Shown one piece after another: positions 55,593-58,563 of a stretch of 58,563 nucleotides of DNA. This stretch comes from Trichoplax sp. H2 (lineage: Eukaryota), in assembly GCA_003344405.1 (NCBI GenBank), contig NOWV01000214.1:62001-120563 (forward strand), in the 5' to 3' direction. Made by a program: the position numbers and the translations under genes. A model generated the notes under the pieces. That model saw only the letters and a program-made list of their open reading frames with translations. It had not been told where the DNA came from and made no database searches. How positions within the stretch are numbered: position 1 is the stretch's first letter; each line of letters starts with the position of its first letter.

Positions 55593-56495
55593 TTGATATG
55601 TTGTGTTTATTATTTTTGGGTTTTTATTTTGCTCCTTGTTCATGATTTCAATTTTGTAGAATTCATCACGCAAACAGTATTACAATTTCATGAAACTATC
55701 CAAGTATAGCACTACAACATGAGTGCAATATTCAGTGTGTTAGGTTCTCTACGAGTATATACTGTACTGTATATACGCGTCATTTTAACGCAGTTTAGTA
55801 CAGTACTGTGTGAGTGTGTGTTGAGAGGCGAAAACGGTCGATTGATCGAATTTTCGTGTTCACTATTTGCTCTGAAAAGAAATCTTATAACCCACGTAGG
55901 CATTATCATCAATTCGTTGTGTTATGGTATTTACTGTAATTAGATAATAGAATAGTATCCTATACATGGACACGGCTATATGAATACTAATACGGCTTTT
56001 GCCTACATCTCTGTCTAAAAGTCCACTTATTAAAAATGAAAATGTTATTAAACAGGAATCCTGGTGACTCTTTTTTAACACTAGACTCGCAAGAGCAATC
56101 TGCCATTTACAGCATCTATAACACAGTATTAGAACTAACTAATGTAACGTAGTGCAGTTCACGCAGTAGATTTCGATTTAATAACTGTAATCACCATGAC
56201 CGAATCATTTTTGAACATTTGTATGATTTATTAGTCCTACATGCTGATTATTCACTCCTGTAAATTAATTCAGTAAAGCGAAAATAGTTTGCTTGTATAC
56301 GGTTCATTAAAGTTCAAGTTATTACGACTTGATACGGACGCAGGGAATTGCAAGCTCTAAAAGAAAAATTCAGTCAGTTATGCATGTACAGTAAATTGAT
56401 ATTGATTAGTTTGAATTGCTTGAACAGTTGTGGCTAGACCTAAAAATGACGAAAGTGAAACTACTGTCCACCTCTCTTTGGTACTTAGCTTTAGG

Positions 56496-58000
56496 GTACA
56501 GTACTGCACTGTACTGTACTGTACAGGAGCAGTTTTTGCCTTTTGGAAAATGCACAGTACACAGTACTGTAGATACGTACTGTACACTGTACAGTGTACA
56601 GTGCGTAGCAGACAGACAGAGGATAGTACTGTACTACACCATAGCGTGGGCACTGTACAGTACAGTACAATACAGTTGTGCATTACATGTCTTGTCCAAC
56701 GATCATTTCACTGTTTCAAAACCCTCGAGTTTTTATTAAACTCAAGATTCTTTTGCCATATTTTTCGTCGATAGGATTGAGATATGGTGTTTCAAACTAC
56801 AGTACAGTATAGTGCACCATGATGTGGTCATGACTGAGCAACTTCATCATAGTGTGGGAAAATTGGGCGTTTTCGTTATGCAAATTCTATTAATATAGCA
56901 TACTGACAATACAGTGTGCTAGACGTACAGTGTACAGTATAGTAAACGCAATGGAGAATGGGTATCACACTATCACCCGCTCATATCGCAAATGATCTGC
57001 TACGAAATGCCGTATCCGTCCGTAGATTTGATAGCAGCCGATGAGTGCAAAGTACAATTACAAGAATATAAAATACAACATACGTACGCTAATAGCGTAT
57101 ACAGTACGGTATAACATAGACAGTATGCCAACGAAATTAAATAAATAAATAAATAAAGACTAGTCGCTGTTAAGATGTATATTGCTGTAGAATCCGGTAC
57201 TATACGGTAGTGTTAAGTTTGTAGTTTTGAATTTTGTTTACGGTGAGTACAGTACTGTACAGTATGTGACATCTGTTCTATAGTTCTGCTCAAACTGTGT
57301 TACGTACTGTACGTACAGTACAGTGTACTGTATTGTGCTGGTTGCATAGCCATTGTCATTATACTGTACTGTACACTCAGTGTACAGTCGCACGTACCTA
57401 CAGTACAGTACAGTGCACTTTTGAATTAATTATTACTAGTGCAAACTCCCGTCGCTTTGCTGACGGTTTACGATAATGTGCTCATTTAACAGATAGTATT
57501 ATCATTTGATAGACCTGTCAGAGGTTCTGTAACTTTATACGGTGTACTAACTATAAAACGAAAACGTTCAATGTCCACCGGAACTTTTCTCTGACCTCTA
57601 GTCATCGCGTTAAGAAAAAAACATAGAAGACATAGTACTGTATAGTGTACTGTACTGTACAGTACAATTGCATCCTTCTTTTGAAATGTAAGAGGTATCA
57701 GCTCATTGTACTGTACTGTAAAGTAGAGAAAAGCTCTTTTTTTTTTATTAATTAACTTTCATGGTTCCTAGTTTTATGGTGTTTATGCATTATGTAAACA
57801 GTGCAGTACTGTTCTCTTTTCTGTGTACTGTACATTCAGAGTACATTTGACCTCTATGATAGAGACATTGATAGTCAGCAGTAGCGTTTAATATTTGTAG
57901 TACAGTACAGTAGAAGCTTAGTACGATACGGTACTGTATGTTTATTGTTTACTTTACAGTACTGTACTGTACCATGCGTTTAGCTTTTTGACATACTGTA
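56496..58000. repeat. Dense cluster of TACAG/CTGTA tracts (56496-56672, 57247-57420, 57633-57722, 57895-58003)
   Basis: Repeated gtacagtactg and tactgtactgtacagtac in both orientations. Confidence 0.8.
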
Positions 58001-58563
58001 CTGTGTTGGAACGATCGAAGGACGCAAACAGAAAAATCGATCGAAATTTTACCAAGATGAAAACGAATAGCAGTGGATATTGTTAATGGGACGTACAGTA
58101 CAGCATCATATTCGACTGTTCATAATACAGTATTATCAATTCGTATATTGTCTGTTTCTATAGAACAGCAAAGCTGACTAGATACAATGGAGAAAAGGAC
58201 GATAGAATAAAATTTGTGCTGTGCGTCCACTCCGTACAATATCTTTGTCACTTGTTATTCTTCTTCTTTTTTTTTTTTTGAAATAACCTTCTCGGGATGG
58301 ATGGACTTGACTCTTGAACAAGAAAAATAGTGATGAATCACAGTAAGGCGTAGAGTAAAGCATTCTGTAGAGAGTACAGTATGATACACTGAGTGTGTGA
58401 CGGAAACAGTCAATGCAGTCGAAATAAAAGTCCTGACGTCTTGACGTCTTCACCATCTTCAACGGCCTTCTAATGATATGTTTTGTTTTCTTTAATTAAT
58501 TTTTATTTTGTTTTATTTTAACTGACGTACAAGATTTGATTTGCAAGTCAAATAAGTTAACCG

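Noticed and set aside
58178..58462. 94-aa minus-strand ORF at the window end
   Set aside because: No recognisable motif and it runs through a poly-A stretch; it may include an exon of a gene outside the window, but that cannot be supported here.

Overview
AT-rich eukaryotic (animal) genomic DNA with compact genes and short GT-AG introns. Gene density, intron size and abundant TACAG/CTGTA tracts suggest a placozoan (Trichoplax-like); that taxon call is inference. By walking splice sites by hand I reconstructed seven spliced genes with continuous frames: a vWA-domain protein (-), a divergent TBC/Rab-GAP-like protein (-), SLX1 (-), a tektin-1-like gene (+), TMEM17 (-), TBCE (+) and NDUFS8 (-). 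SFSWAP (-) was identified with its ends and most exons traced. There is also an LRR gene with Roco-like features (+) and a weak candidate membrane-protein gene head-to-head with NDUFS8. Non-genic features: a ~205-bp tandem repeat, a TA-flanked MITE, several fold-back hairpins, RFX X-boxes upstream of the two ciliary genes, and a gap-bounded second copy of the NDUFS8 first exon and promoter inside an intron (probably an assembly artefact). I found no CRISPR, rRNA, tRNA or autonomous transposon, and no multi-gene novel system that I can support. The best novelty candidates are a ~210-nt rod-like fold-back with strand-specific G-U pairing at 33877-34084 (candidate ncRNA) and the association of TACAG/CTGTA tracts with gene 5' ends.
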